Assembly (NCBI RefSeq): GCF_964355755.1
Contig: NC_092676.1
Span: 4,503,888-4,567,887 of the forward strand
DNA: 64,000 nucleotides
Reading direction: 5' to 3'
Source of the DNA: Antedon mediterranea
Lineage: Eukaryota > Animalia > Echinodermata
Part shown: positions 37,301-52,300 of the stretch, one piece after another
Layout: each line of letters starts with the position of its first letter
Position numbering within the stretch: position 1 is the first letter of the stretch
Position numbers and translations under genes: made by a program
The notes under the pieces: generated by a model
The model's database searches: none
Told to the model about the DNA's origin: nothing
Seen by the model: the letters and a program-made list of their open reading frames with translations, nothing else

Positions 37301-40300
37301 CTTGAATGAAATGATTTTTCCTACATTTGAGATAATTTTTACTATTTTAGTACATTACTAATGAACACAAATCTCTTTATTCAAATTCTTGTATCCATAC
37401 CCGTATATATATTTTGTGTGCAAACAAGATCTACTGTTAATTGACCAAAACAAATATTTCCTTTTCTGGTACGTTTTATTTACAAATTACAATATACTAT
37501 GGTCAGTCAACATTGACCTTTGACCTCATATAACTATATTATTTTAATTCATAAATTATGAAGAGATTTGATTGTGCAAGGATATTTATACAATATTATT
37601 TTATTTATTAAAATTAAAGATATATAAAACAATTTTAAAATTAAAAACTTCATATAAGACCTGCTGAAATGCTAAATATTAATTTATGTATATGGTACAT
37701 GTATGTTGAATTTCTTATATTTTAATATTCATTCAAATTGAAGCTAAAGAAACAAATTTAAAATTAAAAACAATAATTAAACATACGGTAGTTAATTTCA
37801 TATAAGATCAGCTGAAAATGCTAAATATTAAAATTGATGTGCTACCTGTATGTTGAATTGTTTATTAATTAAAATCTAAGCTATAATTAAACAACAAATA
37901 ACAATAAATACACTTCATATAAAATCAGCTTTAAATGCTAAATATAAAAATGTATTTATTTATAAGCTACAGTACCTCTATGTTGAATTTCTTTTTTATT
38001 ATAATATTTATGAAAATGTTATTTTTGTACTGCAACAAGAAATAATATACATATCTATTGAACCCAAATCTAATCTGGGAAAGAAGTGTTAAAAAAATCA
38101 ATTCTACTAACTTGGTTTCTATTATTTAGTAGCCTACGTTTTTGGTTTTTAAAATAAATATAACTACTGCAAAATAAAGACAATTCATTGTTTTTTCATT
38201 TACTTAAGATCTTCACAAACCATGAGAATAAAAAATACTAAAGCTGGCTTTATTTAAAATCATCACTTTTATAAAATACTGCAAAATAAAGACAATTCAT
38301 TGTTTTTTCATTTACTTTAAGATCTTCACAAACCATGAGAATAAAAAATACTAACGCTGACTTTATTTAAAATCATCACTTTTTAAATTCATTCACTTTT
38401 TAGACATTCACAAGCCAGGGGATGACGGCTTAACAGCCCTGCACTTTGCAGCTCGTTACAAACGCACTCGCATCTCCGAAGCGAGGTCAGATGGCGAATT
38501 ATCAAATGAGGTAAGGTTGATCCACTTGTCGGATTGTTAAAGCAAATCTTGGTTTTTTTATGTTTTTAGATGAATCATAGATTTACTGTATAGTGTTTCC
38601 CCGAGTGTTTCTTGAACTTCTTAGTTTTTACTTTTACTGTATAAAATGTAGACCTACATGTCCATTCTTAAAGCCTGTTATTCGATGCAATCTCCTACGT
38701 GAACATTGAAATGTTAACGATTTACAGGAAAAGTTACTCGCTATCTTTATCATTTCAACTTGATCGTCTTCAAACGATCGTCGTTGAACTGTTAACGATC
38801 AACGACGATAGCGTCGAATAAGGTCAACAGGAAAACAGGCTTTAGATAAGTTTACAAAACTTGATAATTGTGCCATTATATTTATTATCATTATAAATCC
38901 AAAGGCAAATTACCGAAAAAATGACAATGCTGTTGGTGTCAGTGGCTGGATCTCAATGGAGATACAAAATAAAATAAGCACTGAAAAAATGACAATGCTG
39001 TGGGAATCAGTGGCTGGATCTCAATGGAGATACAAAATAAAATAAGCACTAAAAAATGACAATTCTGTTGGTATCAGTGGCTGGATCTCAATGGAGATAC
39101 AAAATAAAATAAGCACTGAAAAAATGACAATGCTGTGGGTATCAGTGGCTGGATCTCAATGGAGATACAAAATAAAATAAGCACTGAAAAAATGACAATG
39201 CTGTGGGAATCAGTGTCTGGATCTCAATTGAGATACAAAATAAAATAAGCACTAAAAAATGACAATTCTGTTGGTGTCAGTGGCTGGATCTCAATGGAGA
39301 TACAAAATAAAATAAGCACTGAAAAAATGACAATTCTGTGGGTTTCAGTGGCTGGATCTCAATGGAGATACAAAATAAAAATAAGCACTGAAAAAATGAC
39401 AATTCTGTTGGTGTCAGTGGCTGGATTTCAATGGAGATACAAAATAAAATAAGCACTGAAAAAATGACAATGCTGTGGGAATCAATGGCTGGTTCTCAAT
39501 GGAGATACAAAATAAAATAAGCAAAAAGCTATATTTTGTCAACATATTTAGAATTTTGCTTTGTGTAAATAAATGAATGAATGAATAATCAAAACGATAA
39601 AGTAAAAAAAAAATTTGGAAAGTTTTCTAAAACAGCCAGAAACAAAGCTTTTATTTTATAAATATTTTTATTGGTTCTCCATTTGTATTTAGCGAAGATT
39701 CGGAGGTTGGAGTTGACCCAGTAACTCAGGATATACACACACCTCCCATGGGACTGTGTATAAATGATCTTTAAGATAAAAATAAAGGATTTTATGAAAT
39801 GCAAATTTTAAACTTATCATGCAAATTTAAAATTGTTTTCCAATGAGGTTTTGTTCCAGTCAAAGCAAACCTGAATTATTTGTATTCAATACTGATCTTA
39901 TATTTTGTTTATTTTTGTTATAATTATGTTTTTTTATGTTCTTTTCTTTTTTCAAAGAGTCAACGGCAGTATGTAGATACAGTGAGTGATAAGAAATGCA
40001 TGCTAAAAAATAATTTTAACTTTGGTTTCATTCTAACTAACATTTTCAGTTTAATTTCTTTAATTTTAATTGCTAATTTATTTTTCTAAATTTATATAAA
40101 TCAGTGAATTCAGTACTTTTCTTAAGTTGTATTTTTTTATATTGTTTATTTTATATTTTATTTTATACTAAATCTTAGTTTTATAACAAAATTCTGTATT
40201 TAATTTTCTAATAAATAAAATGTAAAAATACTATGAAATTAGGATTGATGATGTGGATTGATATTCTGTCTGAGTTTCGGGAACAAACCACGGTTTTGAA

Positions 40301-43300
40301 ATTAAAAAAACAATATGAAGACAATATGTATTTTTTCATCATTGCCAAAAAAATGAATTAAAAAGGGTCCCGATCATCCTTCAGGCCCATCATAAAAAAA
40401 AACCTCTATATGCCACCAAGAATAATCTTATCCTCAAATATAATCCCACCCCCTATTTAGGCTAAATTTAGACTACACTATTTTGGTAACACAATATTAG
40501 TATCATCCCACCTTCACTCTCCCTTTCCCCCTCCCCCAATTTGGGAAAATTTTGTTTTACCAGGCTCCTGGGATTATACTTGGTGATTTACTGTTATATA
40601 TGGTACAGGTTATTTAATTCCCTTATGTTACTAAATTTTATTAATGCATGTACTGTACTGTACCATAACCATTTATGTATTTCCCCGTTTAACTGTGTTT
40701 GTAAACTAATTTCTAACTTGACAATAATTCTCGGCTAACATGTTGAACGATAGAATGATATTTACTAATGAACTAGACAATAGTATGCAGACATGTACTG
40801 TATCAGAAAGAATTTTGTGTGGGGTTGGGGTTGCATCTGAAGTTTAAAAAAGGGAGCTGGTGTTTTTTTTTTCGATCAACAGCGCCCTCTATCTTTTATC
40901 GAGAGGTAAGGAGTGCAATGTGTGACGTCACAAGCGGTATCGCGTGGTGGATATGTGATTTTGCTTGTGTGTATAGCCTTTTTGTTATAATATTTTAATG
41001 CAGAAAACCTTACATTTATACATAAAAATTTAGTTATCTTTGTAATCCGGGTGAAAATGTGGAAAAACGGGAGCACAATATTAAGCCGGGAGACAAGTCT
41101 AAAATATGAGAATCTCCTGGCTAAAAACGGGAGTGTTGGCATGTATCGTTGGGTTGGGTGTGGGAGGGGAGTCGGTTGTGTGCTACTAGACTGCAACGAG
41201 TTCACCTCTCATGACTTGAAATATCACAGTGAATGTTTTGTTGTCAAAATGCAGGCACATAATACCATATGAATTCTACCGGATTGTTCGGTTGAAATTT
41301 AATCTTATCATTGTTTACAATCGATATCCATGGTGATTTTGATGAATACTGGCGACTATACAAACATATTATTGTAAATAGTAGTATAAGATTTGTGAAA
41401 GGAATTTTAATAGACCGCAAATATGAACTACAGTATTTATTATATGTTGACAAAGTTCAAACCCACACTTGAATATTAGCTAGAAAATTGGTATAACCTA
41501 AAAAAAAACTGGAATAATAATTTAATATTTTTAAATCTTCAGGGTGTAGGTTTATGAGGTATGTTGGTTTTTCTTGGTTAGGCCTATACAGTAAGTTGCT
41601 AATCTCAAACATGATTTTGGTATTTGAGAGGTCACCGTATTATACTCATTTAAAATAAGGTACTAGGTGACGATTTCCTACACAAAGCGCATTATCAATT
41701 ACTCCCCTACCCCTCGGTTATTTTATATGAATATATATATATATATCCAATCTGCAGACAGTACTGTTTCGATCTTATTAGATCTCGTCAGTGCAGCTAA
41801 GATTTCAAAATAATACATACTGCAAAACTGGCACAATTAAAGGCTAAGTGAGACATGGTACACTGATTATGAAAACAAAGAGTGCACAAACTCTACGAGC
41901 GTGCTACTATGCGAAATGCTGATAGTGTTCACAACAAAAATGCACTGGTTCAAACTGAAGAGTGCTCTACAAAACAACATACTATATAGCAGAATGTAGA
42001 GGAGTGTACTGTAAATCTTCTAATTGTAACCCTGGGTTATTATTCTTTGGTTGTTTTTTAGGGTGGGTTACTATTAGAAGGGGGGTTACTATTAGGGTAG
42101 TTGGTTACTATTACTAATCTTAAATTAGGCACCTGAAAATAGTAACTCACCCCCAACTTTTCTGGTCAGCAACTCATAGCAAAATAATAAAACAGTACGA
42201 ATAAACAAATTTGGTTGAACTCTAATTTTATTTTATAAACTCAAAAACACTCAATCCTCCCCCACTCCCGAGATTAACATGCATTATGTCCTAATTTTCA
42301 AAATACGGCTACATCATAAGTTTTTTTTCTCTAATAGTAACCTTCATGGGTTACTATATTAGAGTAGTGGGTTATTATTATAGATTGACTTGTGGGTTAG
42401 GTGATAAGGTGGGTTACTATTAGAAGGGGGTTACTATTAGAGTGTGGGTTACTATTAAAAGATTTACAGTGTCCAATCTGCAGACAGTACGTATAAATAG
42501 TGTAACGCGTTAGGTCTAAAGACGATGAAGCGTATTGATGATGATCCAGTATATACGTATATGTGTACTTGCTTGACTCTTGGCATAATGCAAGCGCAGC
42601 TCATCAATAGAGAATGACAAAGTAAAATTGATTGTTCATTGTTAAAGGACTTTGGAATATTGGGAGGTGACCATCTTAAAGTCAATATTGACCGCTCTCT
42701 CCCTGTTGAGTTACACTTACTCATTTACATTTTATCATCAAGATATTAAAGATAGAGAATAGACTAGAATGTATTTTAATGGATCAAACTTATTCTACTG
42801 CAGTTACTGCAGTAACTACATTCTGTTCAATTTTTAACTTTTTTCATGCAATTTTTTAGCAATCTGTCTCATAAAAAAAGCTGATAGACATATATGTATT
42901 GATACACTTTTTACCTTAATACAGTGATACAGATACAAATGTTAACACACTGATAGACATTATATAAGAGATACAATTTTTAACGTAATACAGTGATATA
43001 ATATATGTATATATGCAATTTTTAACATACTGATGTATGGTTTATTAGACGGAAAAGGAAGCAATGTTTTCTTGGCACTAGTTTAATGCCTAATTAGGTG
43101 CCCTAAGGCCTTTCCCCATCATATTGGCTACACATTATGATGTGTACGTGGGCCTCAGGGGTCTTGTTGACTACATAGACATTCATATTTTCCATATTGT
43201 CACTGATTTTAATATTATAATGTTATTTGTGTATCTTTGGTTGTGTTATGGATACTGGCACTTAATAAAAAATATTACCATATATCCTCAGGTACAATCC

Positions 43301-46300
43301 CACTTCTGGCCTCTCTCTAGCCAGTTTTTACATTTTTTTTCCTGAACCACGCTTCCCTGGGTATAGTCCCACCAAATTTTGTGTTCTAAGGAGGTTGAAT
43401 TATACCAGAGGATATATGGTGTTAATAAATAAATAACAATATAAAACATAATATTACATAACAACAACAGAAAACAACAATATTAATTAATAATAATACT
43501 AATAATAATATAATAATAATTATATTAGAATAAAGAATTAACAATTAATTAGCTAACTATTATTATATTAACTATTAATTTCAAGAATTTTTAAATTTTC
43601 ATATGTATATTGTTTTAGGTGAAGGATACAACTACAGTATATAAATTATTATATTATATTTTATATATATTAATATTATATAGATCACATTTAATATACT
43701 TGCCTATTTACTGTAGGCAAATACAGTATGTGTTTATATTTGACATTATTTTTTTCGGTTCTGGTTATTAGGAAGTTGATGATGGCGATGGCGGCACAGT
43801 CTCTAGCGTGATCGCTTATCTGGAGTCGAAAGGAGCGGATGTGAACATAAAGGATATTTATGGGTCGACGCCGCTTCATTTTGCGGCTATGCGCGGCAAC
43901 GAAGTAGCCGCAAACGACCTGTTAAACTGTGCACAGATTAATATTGAGGTAAAAAGAAACAAAAATTTAATAAGATATCATGATGAATATATTTTTCTAA
44001 ATGAAAATTAATTAAATTAAAAATTAAAGTACGGTACTCCAAAAGGGTTTTCCCATAAAAGAGGCAAGTTTATTATTACAGTATAAGATGTTGAAAAGGT
44101 ATATATTGTGTTGATCTGTTGCAAAAATAACAATTATTATTGATAATAAATATGATATATAAATATATATATATTTTGGCAGGCTGTTGACAAGCAGCAG
44201 TTAACGCCGCTCCACAACGCTTGCACTCACGGATTTAAAGAGGTTGCAGAGTTACTGATCAAAGCTGGCGCTAACATTCGCTGCAAAGATGAAGACAATT
44301 CCACGCCTCTTCATTTTGCGTGTACGGAAGGACATGAGGATCTTGTTAGGCTGTTGTTTAATGCTGCTAGTCAGAAAGCCTGTATTCATGAGGTAATAGG
44401 GACTAGGAATTTGAGTGAACGTGAATAAAAACGTCCACATGGGTTGTAGTCGACTATTTCTCGTCGACAGATCTATGAATTTGCGGTGACCGTATTGTGT
44501 TATTATGGAACTTAGTTTGCTGCTATAGACGCTTGACCTTTGACAAGATCGCCTAAAATTTATAATTTAAAACTACGATACTTAGTATTGTATATTCAGG
44601 AATAGCCGCTCCATAGTCTCTTTGCTTTTCTTCGTTATATCTTATTCTTATTAACTGAAATTATTTATACTAACAAACATTACTATTTATATGCCTAGTG
44701 TGTTATCATTATTAACATAATTTCATTCATCCACATACAGTACAACTCTTCTTAACAAAATTTATTTAATCTTTTATCAACTAAAAGTCGTAGTTAGTCG
44801 TGTTTCGGGTCACATTCTATGGTCACCGTACAGATAGGCTACTACATCAGTACTTCTATGAATGGATGACTAGTTGGTGACAAGAACGCTAGTTGGTCAT
44901 ACCCAGTACCGTTTTGATTTTACGATCTTTCGGGAAACCACCTGACGATGACAAAGCATGTTCCAATGTGCCTGCATTCAGACATTAATTATCATGACAT
45001 TATCAACTAATTCCTACATTGCTGCAATCCAAAGCTAATTGGTTAGAATATGAAGATACACTGTAGATTTTCTTTCACAGTGATTTGGGTTATAATCAAA
45101 ATCTATTGCAATATCCGCATGTGTAATGAATTTCTCAAAATTTATTTGAATCTAACTTGTTGTGGTTTCAGATACTTCAAGACAAAGACAACGATGATAA
45201 TACTCCTCTGCACCTAGCGGTTGACAGCGGGCACGAGGGCGTAGTTGATCTTTGTCTTAAGGAGCGTAAGTTAACATACAGATTTTTATGTTTTAATTTT
45301 ACGAAATTTATGTCGTTTTGTGAGGAGTTTTTTTCATGTTCCTAAAACTTTTTTTACAGGTGCGGATGTAAATTGCCGGAGAAAAGATCTAGACACGCCC
45401 CTTCATTCTGCGGCCGTCGCTGGTAATCCCGATATTGTTAAGAAACTCATAGCAAACAATGCACGCATTGATGCAGTGAACAAGGACCATGCTACGGCGT
45501 TACACCGTGCCTGTCAATTCAACCGGTCACAGGTCGTGGAATACCTCATTCAGAAGTAAACCTCTTTTTGATTAATTCCAAAAATTAGAATTAAAATAGG
45601 TTATTAAATCTAGATTGTATTGTAATTTTACTACATAAAATCAGTGTACTCAATGCCTTTGACAACCCAGTGGCTTGAACAGAGATTGTTCTCTTTTCTT
45701 GTGAAAACCGCACCACTTTATTTCTTGTGACTACATCACTGGAGTGACGCTTTAAATTATTTAAATAACATTACAAAATGTCTTTAACTGAATTAATATA
45801 ACCTTTGACCTGAAAAATTGTTATATAGACATGCATCTACAGACTTAAATAGTACAGTACAGTATGTTGCAGTATGTCTCTTTCATACAAAAGATAAGAA
45901 TACAATACCCAGTTCAAAATTTGCTATGCATTTTTCATGGTCGAGGTCAAATCGTAAACAGTTATATTCATGTTGATTTTTCCTGTAATAGGATCCATCT
46001 CCATTAAATTTGATGTGACATTATCTGTCAGGAATTGTCATGTTCAATTTATCTATGAGGCCCGGAAATCAAAACCAAAGGGTTTTTTTTTCTCTCTGTG
46101 CATGACTATGAAACGTTCGTTTTGAAATAAATATGAGCCAATTGTACAAATAATATCAAAAACAAAATGTAGAAATAGCAAAATATTTAAATTAAGAAAA
46201 ACTAAAATTTATTTCTCTTCATTAAATGAATTATAAAGTTTCTAAAATGTGGACACGCCCTTTATTCATTAAGATAGAGATAAACTAAGAACAAAGATTT

Positions 46301-49300
46301 GTTTAATTAGTAGGCCTATTTTTTTTATAGTTTTTTTGGTATTCTACCATTCCCTTCAGCTATATGTATTTTAAATCGCATGAAATATAACATATTTTGT
46401 GTTCTATTAATTTAGGAAAGCGAAGATTGAACGCAAAGATAAGGATAACTTCACGCCCCTACTGATAGCTGCGTGCTATGGTCATGCAACCACGATAGAA
46501 ATCCTACTCAAACACAGAGCCAAGATAACAGCAACCGACAAACTGGAAAAGAGCGCATTTTATCTTGCTGCCGAGGAAGAACATTTTGAGGCACTCCAGG
46601 TTGGTAACTATCAAGTCGAAAAGTCGTTCTACATATGCTCAGAAATGTGTGTATGTGCAGAATGACTGTAAGGCTCAACACCTACCGTATACGGTATTTA
46701 CTGTACCTTCTGTTTTCACAATACATCACTAGACTTTGAGCTGTTGAGTCAACAAGTCATTTTGCACATGCTTAAGGTTCTGTACACTATCAAAATATTG
46801 TGATAAGCCTAAATATGGTAGTGATATTCCTAAATATGGTAGGGACATCATTGTGTCCATATTTGGGCACATGGTTAATGGTTTTAAATTTATATAGCGC
46901 AAAATACAAATAGTCTCTATGCGCTGTTTAGAACAAGTGTGAAAATGAAAATGTTGATGTAAAATAACAATAATTTAGGTATTTGTATAGCGCCAGAATC
47001 AACTAAACCGAAGTAAAATCAAAGGCACTTATATTGGATGCGTTTTAAGTTCTTTTTTAAAAATAGCAATAGAAGTTGATTTAGTAAAATGACGAGGGAG
47101 AGAATTCCAAAGAGAAGCAGCAGAGAACATAAAAGACCTTTGTCCATAAGATTTGGTGTTAATTCTAGGAACAAGTAAACCACGAAATAGCCTAAAAAAC
47201 ATTTTTTGTCACACATTGTGTGGAAAGAGCTTTAGAAACTTGCAAACAGATTGACTGTTTCCATCGTACACTTTCCGTGTTATTATATAATATAGGTATA
47301 ATGTTGTATAGTGTACTGTAGTGTATGCTACTCTTTTTTATGGTAATTAATTCTCTATTATTTCCAGGCACTATTGAAGCATCCAAAAGCCAAAAATCTC
47401 CTTGAAGAAAGTGACCGTTATGACAATGGTCCACTACACATTGCTGCCAAGAACGGATACTTACCTATTGTAAAAGTAAATTTTTAAGTTTAAATGATCA
47501 CATAAACTTTGTGGACAAAATAAAAGCATACACAGCAAACCAAGTATTAGTTGACCAATGACAAGTGATGTCTCATCTGTACTATGAACCATCCCTTGTG
47601 ATTGGTCAATTTGTTGTATCCTAGTGAGAATCATGCTTATAACTCTTCTTTCAGTTGCTTATTGAGAGTGGAGCGGACATTGATGCTAAAAACGAAGAAG
47701 AACAAACGCCAGCTCATCTTGCAGCTCTCAATGGACGATTCAGGTAATAAATTTAAAAAAAATAAAATATTCTAAACCATTTCTAAACATGCAAGGCTAG
47801 GGCTTTGAAACGTACAAGCCCAGAACCTTGGAACGTACAAGCCCAGAACCTTGAAACGTACAGTACAAGCCCAAGGCCCTGAAACATGCAAGCCCAGGGC
47901 CTTAAAACGTAAAAGCCGAGGGCCTTGAAACGTACAAGCCCAGGGCCTTAAAACGTACAAGCCCAGGGCCTTAAACAAGCCCAGTAGTAGAGCAGTTAAC
48001 GCCATAAAAATAGCCAAGTTGTGCACTTTATTACCAAAGCATGAAACTTTCCACAAAGTTTCTTTGATGTATATAGATTCAAAATATCGGGGGATGCCAA
48101 GTGTCCAACTTCCGGTATGGCGGCCATCTTGATTTCAAAATGGCCACCATAAAAACAAAAAGTGTTCATATCTTGGCAACTATAAACAGTAGAGACTTGA
48201 TTCTGGTGTTAAATTGTTCACAAACCACATATTTCTATTTGCTCTAATGAAAAGTTTCGTCCAAAAATGACCGGAAATGACGTTTCTTCCAGTTTGACCT
48301 TTGACCTCTTATCTGTATATCTCAGTAACTACTGATCATTTTCAATCGATTTTGGTGTCATTTTGTTCAGAAAATAGACATTTATATTTGTAGTAATGAA
48401 ACATTTTCACATAAAATGACTGGAAATACAATTTATAACCTTTGACATATATAATTATGTGAACATACTGTATGTGGTTAAATTGGTATAAATGCACCTA
48501 ATTTTTTTACCGAAATAAATGATACGGAATTATTATTCTGAATTTTTAACTTTTGATGTGATAGGATAGGCATAAAGTATGACAGATCACTGAGCTCATC
48601 TATGCCGATATGTTTGCTAAACTGTGATGTGTCAATCGTTTTTTCGTTGCTAAAAAAATGTACTCCATTTTTATGGTAATGGGCCTTTGCTGTAAACCTT
48701 TCATCTGAATCCTTTTCCTCGATTTTCTCTAGTCATTGATTTTTTAGCAAAATCCGAACTAAATCAATTCGTAAAAGACATCTCAATATAATTATTCAAG
48801 TAAACCTCAAATTAGTGACATGGACCTACAATATACAGTTCTGTACAAGACCTGTTTAGGCATCCACCTGTGGACTTTCACTTTAAATGTCCTGGTTTCC
48901 TAATCATACAAGAAACAATGTCTAATTTAATCAATCAAAGTAGTGGGTCCAGACAAAGAAGGGGGTGTAAGACCATCCACAGACAAAGAAGGGGGTGTAA
49001 GACCATCCACAGACAAAGAAGGGGTTGTAAGACCATCCACATACAAAGAAGAGGGTATAAGACCATCCACAGACAAAAAAGGGGGTGTAAGACCATCCAC
49101 AGACAAAGAAGGGGGTGTAAGACCATCCACACACAAAGAAGGAGGTATAAGACCATCCACAGACAAAGAAAGGGGTGTAAGGCCATCTACAGACAAAGAA
49201 GGGGATGTAGGACCGTCCACAGACAAAGAAGGGGGTATAAGACCATCCACTGACAAAGAAAGGGGTATAGGACCACTTACAGACAAAGAAGAGGGTATAA

Positions 49301-52300
49301 GACCATCCCCAGACAAATAAGGGGTGTAGGACCATCCACAGACAAAGAAGGGGGTGTAGGACCATCCACAGACAAAGAAGGGGAGAAGACCATCCACAGA
49401 CAAAGAAGGGGATATAAGACCATCCACAGACAAAGAAGGGGGTATAAGACCATCCACAGACAAAGAAATAAGACCATCCACAGACAAAGAAGGGGGTGTA
49501 AGACCATCCACAGACAAATTAAAGGAGTGCAAGACCATCCATACACAAAGGGGTGTATAAGACCATCCACATACAAAAAAGGGGTGTAATACCATCAACG
49601 GACAAAGAAAGGGGTGTAATACCATCAACAGACAAAGAAGGGGGTATAAGATCACCCACAGGCACAGAAGGGGGTATAAGACCGTCCACAGAAAAAGAAA
49701 GGGGTGTAAGACCATCCACAGACAAAGAAGGGGATGTAAGACCACCCACAGACAAAGAAGGGGTGTAAGACCATCCACATACAAAGAAGGGATTATAAGA
49801 CCATCTACAGACAAAGACAGGGGTGTAAGACCATCCACACACAAAGAAAGGGGTTTAATACCATCAACAGACAAAGAAAGGGGTGTAATACCATCAACAG
49901 ACACAGATGGGGGTATAAGACCATCCACAGACAAAGAAAGGGGTATAAGACCGTCCACAGACAAAGAAAGGGGTGTAAGACCATCCACAGACAAAGAAGG
50001 GTGCATAAGACTATCCACAGACAAAGAAGGGGGTGTAGGACCATCCACAGAAATAGAAGGGGTGTAGGACCATCCACAGACAAAGAAGGGAGTGAAGGAC
50101 CATCCACAGACAAAGAAGGGGTGTAAGACCATCTACAGAAAAAGAAATGGGTGTAAGACCATCCACACATAAAGAAAGGGGTGTAATAATACCATCAACA
50201 GACACAGAAGCGGGTAAAGACCATCCACAGCCAAAGAATGGGGTATAAGATCATCTACAGACAAAGAAGGAGGGTTAGGACCATATTAACCGAGGAAGCA
50301 TACAAAAATAAGATGCAATCAAAATAGGCCTACCACTTGGAAAACAATTGTAGAATAACTGTGGCTTAATTGTTGAAATAGAAAGGGTTCTTTGTAAGGT
50401 CATTAATAATATATTGATATAAACACGATCATCATACTATATTCATTTGACAATCAAATACAGTCTGTCTCGAAAAGAAGCTCATACTATCACCTTTTCG
50501 AGGTTTTACAGTATTCAGTAACATGTATGTTATTTCCTCTGTCAAACTATTAAAACTTTTAGCGAATCAGAAGGTGCCAACATCATTGAACTAATGGTAC
50601 CACCAAGCACAATGTTTACCAATTTTATGTACTATATACAATTTAAGTCCATTAATCATTGAATATAATTACGCCTATCAGGTTAAAGTTCAAAATTAGG
50701 AGCACTTTAGACCAACAAAAACCACCTACAGTATATTCACATAATTAAAAATCAATAAATTACTGTCAAAGGTCATAAATTGTATTTCCGGTCATTTTAT
50801 GTGAAAATGTTTCATTACTACAAATATAAATGTATTTATTCTGAACAAAATGACACCAAAATCGATTGAAAATGACCAGTAGTTACAGAGATATACAAAT
50901 ACAAGGTCAAAGGTCAAACTGTAAGAAACGTCATTTCCGGTCATTTTTGGACGAAACTTTTCATTAGAGCAAATAGAAATATATAGTTTGTGAACAATTT
51001 GAGACCAGAATTAAGTCTCTAATGTGTATAGTTGCCAAGATATGAACATTTTTTGTTTTTATGGTGGCCATTTTGAAATCAAGATGGCCGCCATACCGGA
51101 CGTTGGACACTTGGCACCCCCCGATATTTTGAATCTATATTCATCAAAGAAACTTTGTGCCAAGTTTCATGCTTTGGTAATAAAATGCACAGCTCATGTC
51201 ATTAACTGCTCTACTACAGGGCCTTGAAACGTGCAAGCAGGGCCTAAACATTTAAAATAATTATAGTTACCAATGTTCTTATAATTGCATCTGGCAGTTG
51301 GATCTCCCTACTGTATGAATAAATCAGTTGTGTAGCCGAGTGGTTAGGAAACTTAAACAGAAAGACCTGGGTTCAATTCCCAACAGCTACTCATCTGTAA
51401 ATGAGTAAAGTACCTGGTTGAAAATACTAGGGAGGATAAAGCGGCATGGAGAGGAACAGGCCATCCTACCACATAATGCTGAGGTATTAGTAAAACTACC
51501 TCCTAACAGCTCATTACCCTAAGTTCAGAATGAATACAGGACTTTACTGTATAAACAGTACGTTTTTATTAAACTGTGGATTTAAATTTGTTTAGGACGA
51601 TAAAAGAGCTTGTTAGTCACGATCCCACTGTAGTTGATGATGAGGATGAGTACTCCAACACACCGCTCCATCTGGGATCGCAAGAAGGACACTTTAAAGT
51701 GGTACAGGTGCTCATTGGGGCCGGAGCCGAAATCACAGCTAGGTAAGATAAAAATTTGTGTTTTGATGGCTGTAGTAGAGCTACAGTTTATTTTTCTAGG
51801 CTTGGTTTAAAAACATATATTATATGTCCAGTGACAGTTATAACACCATTTATTTGTAAATGCAAAGAAACTTATTCTCGAAAATTGATTATCTGTAGCC
51901 TGCTATTCGACCACTTTTATCGTGTGTTTAAGTCTGAGAAGATAGCAACATAGGATGGGCAGAGAATACTAGCATCAGCTGTACTTTTGTTTGGTTATTT
52001 CAAGATGTGATTTTAGATTGAAACCTTGAAATTAATATCAATAAAACATAATATATTTTCTAGGAATCAGAATCAGTGGACACCTCTTGATTGTGCTGCA
52101 AACAATGGCTGGACAAAAACTGCAGAAGTACTTCTAGAAGCTGATTGCTCTGTAGATCCTATCGATAAAGCAAAGGTATCAAATCTGTGCCACTTGCATA
52201 CATTTCATCACCATGCATGAGATAATTAAGTTTGTGGTTTGGATACCATAAAAAAGCAATTCCAAGCAATATTTAAAGGAATATTGTCCTCCTGAAAAAA

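Noticed and set aside
38915-39523. CRISPR-like regular array
   Set aside because: Units are head-to-tail with no unique spacers, there are no cas genes, and the context is a eukaryotic intron. The same applies to the arrays at 48947 and 57975.
48870-50205. Long ORFs on both strands (up to 401 aa, SVDGLTPPSL-type repeats)
   Set aside because: By-products of a stop-poor 30-bp tandem array inside an intronic transposon; frames shift with unit indels.
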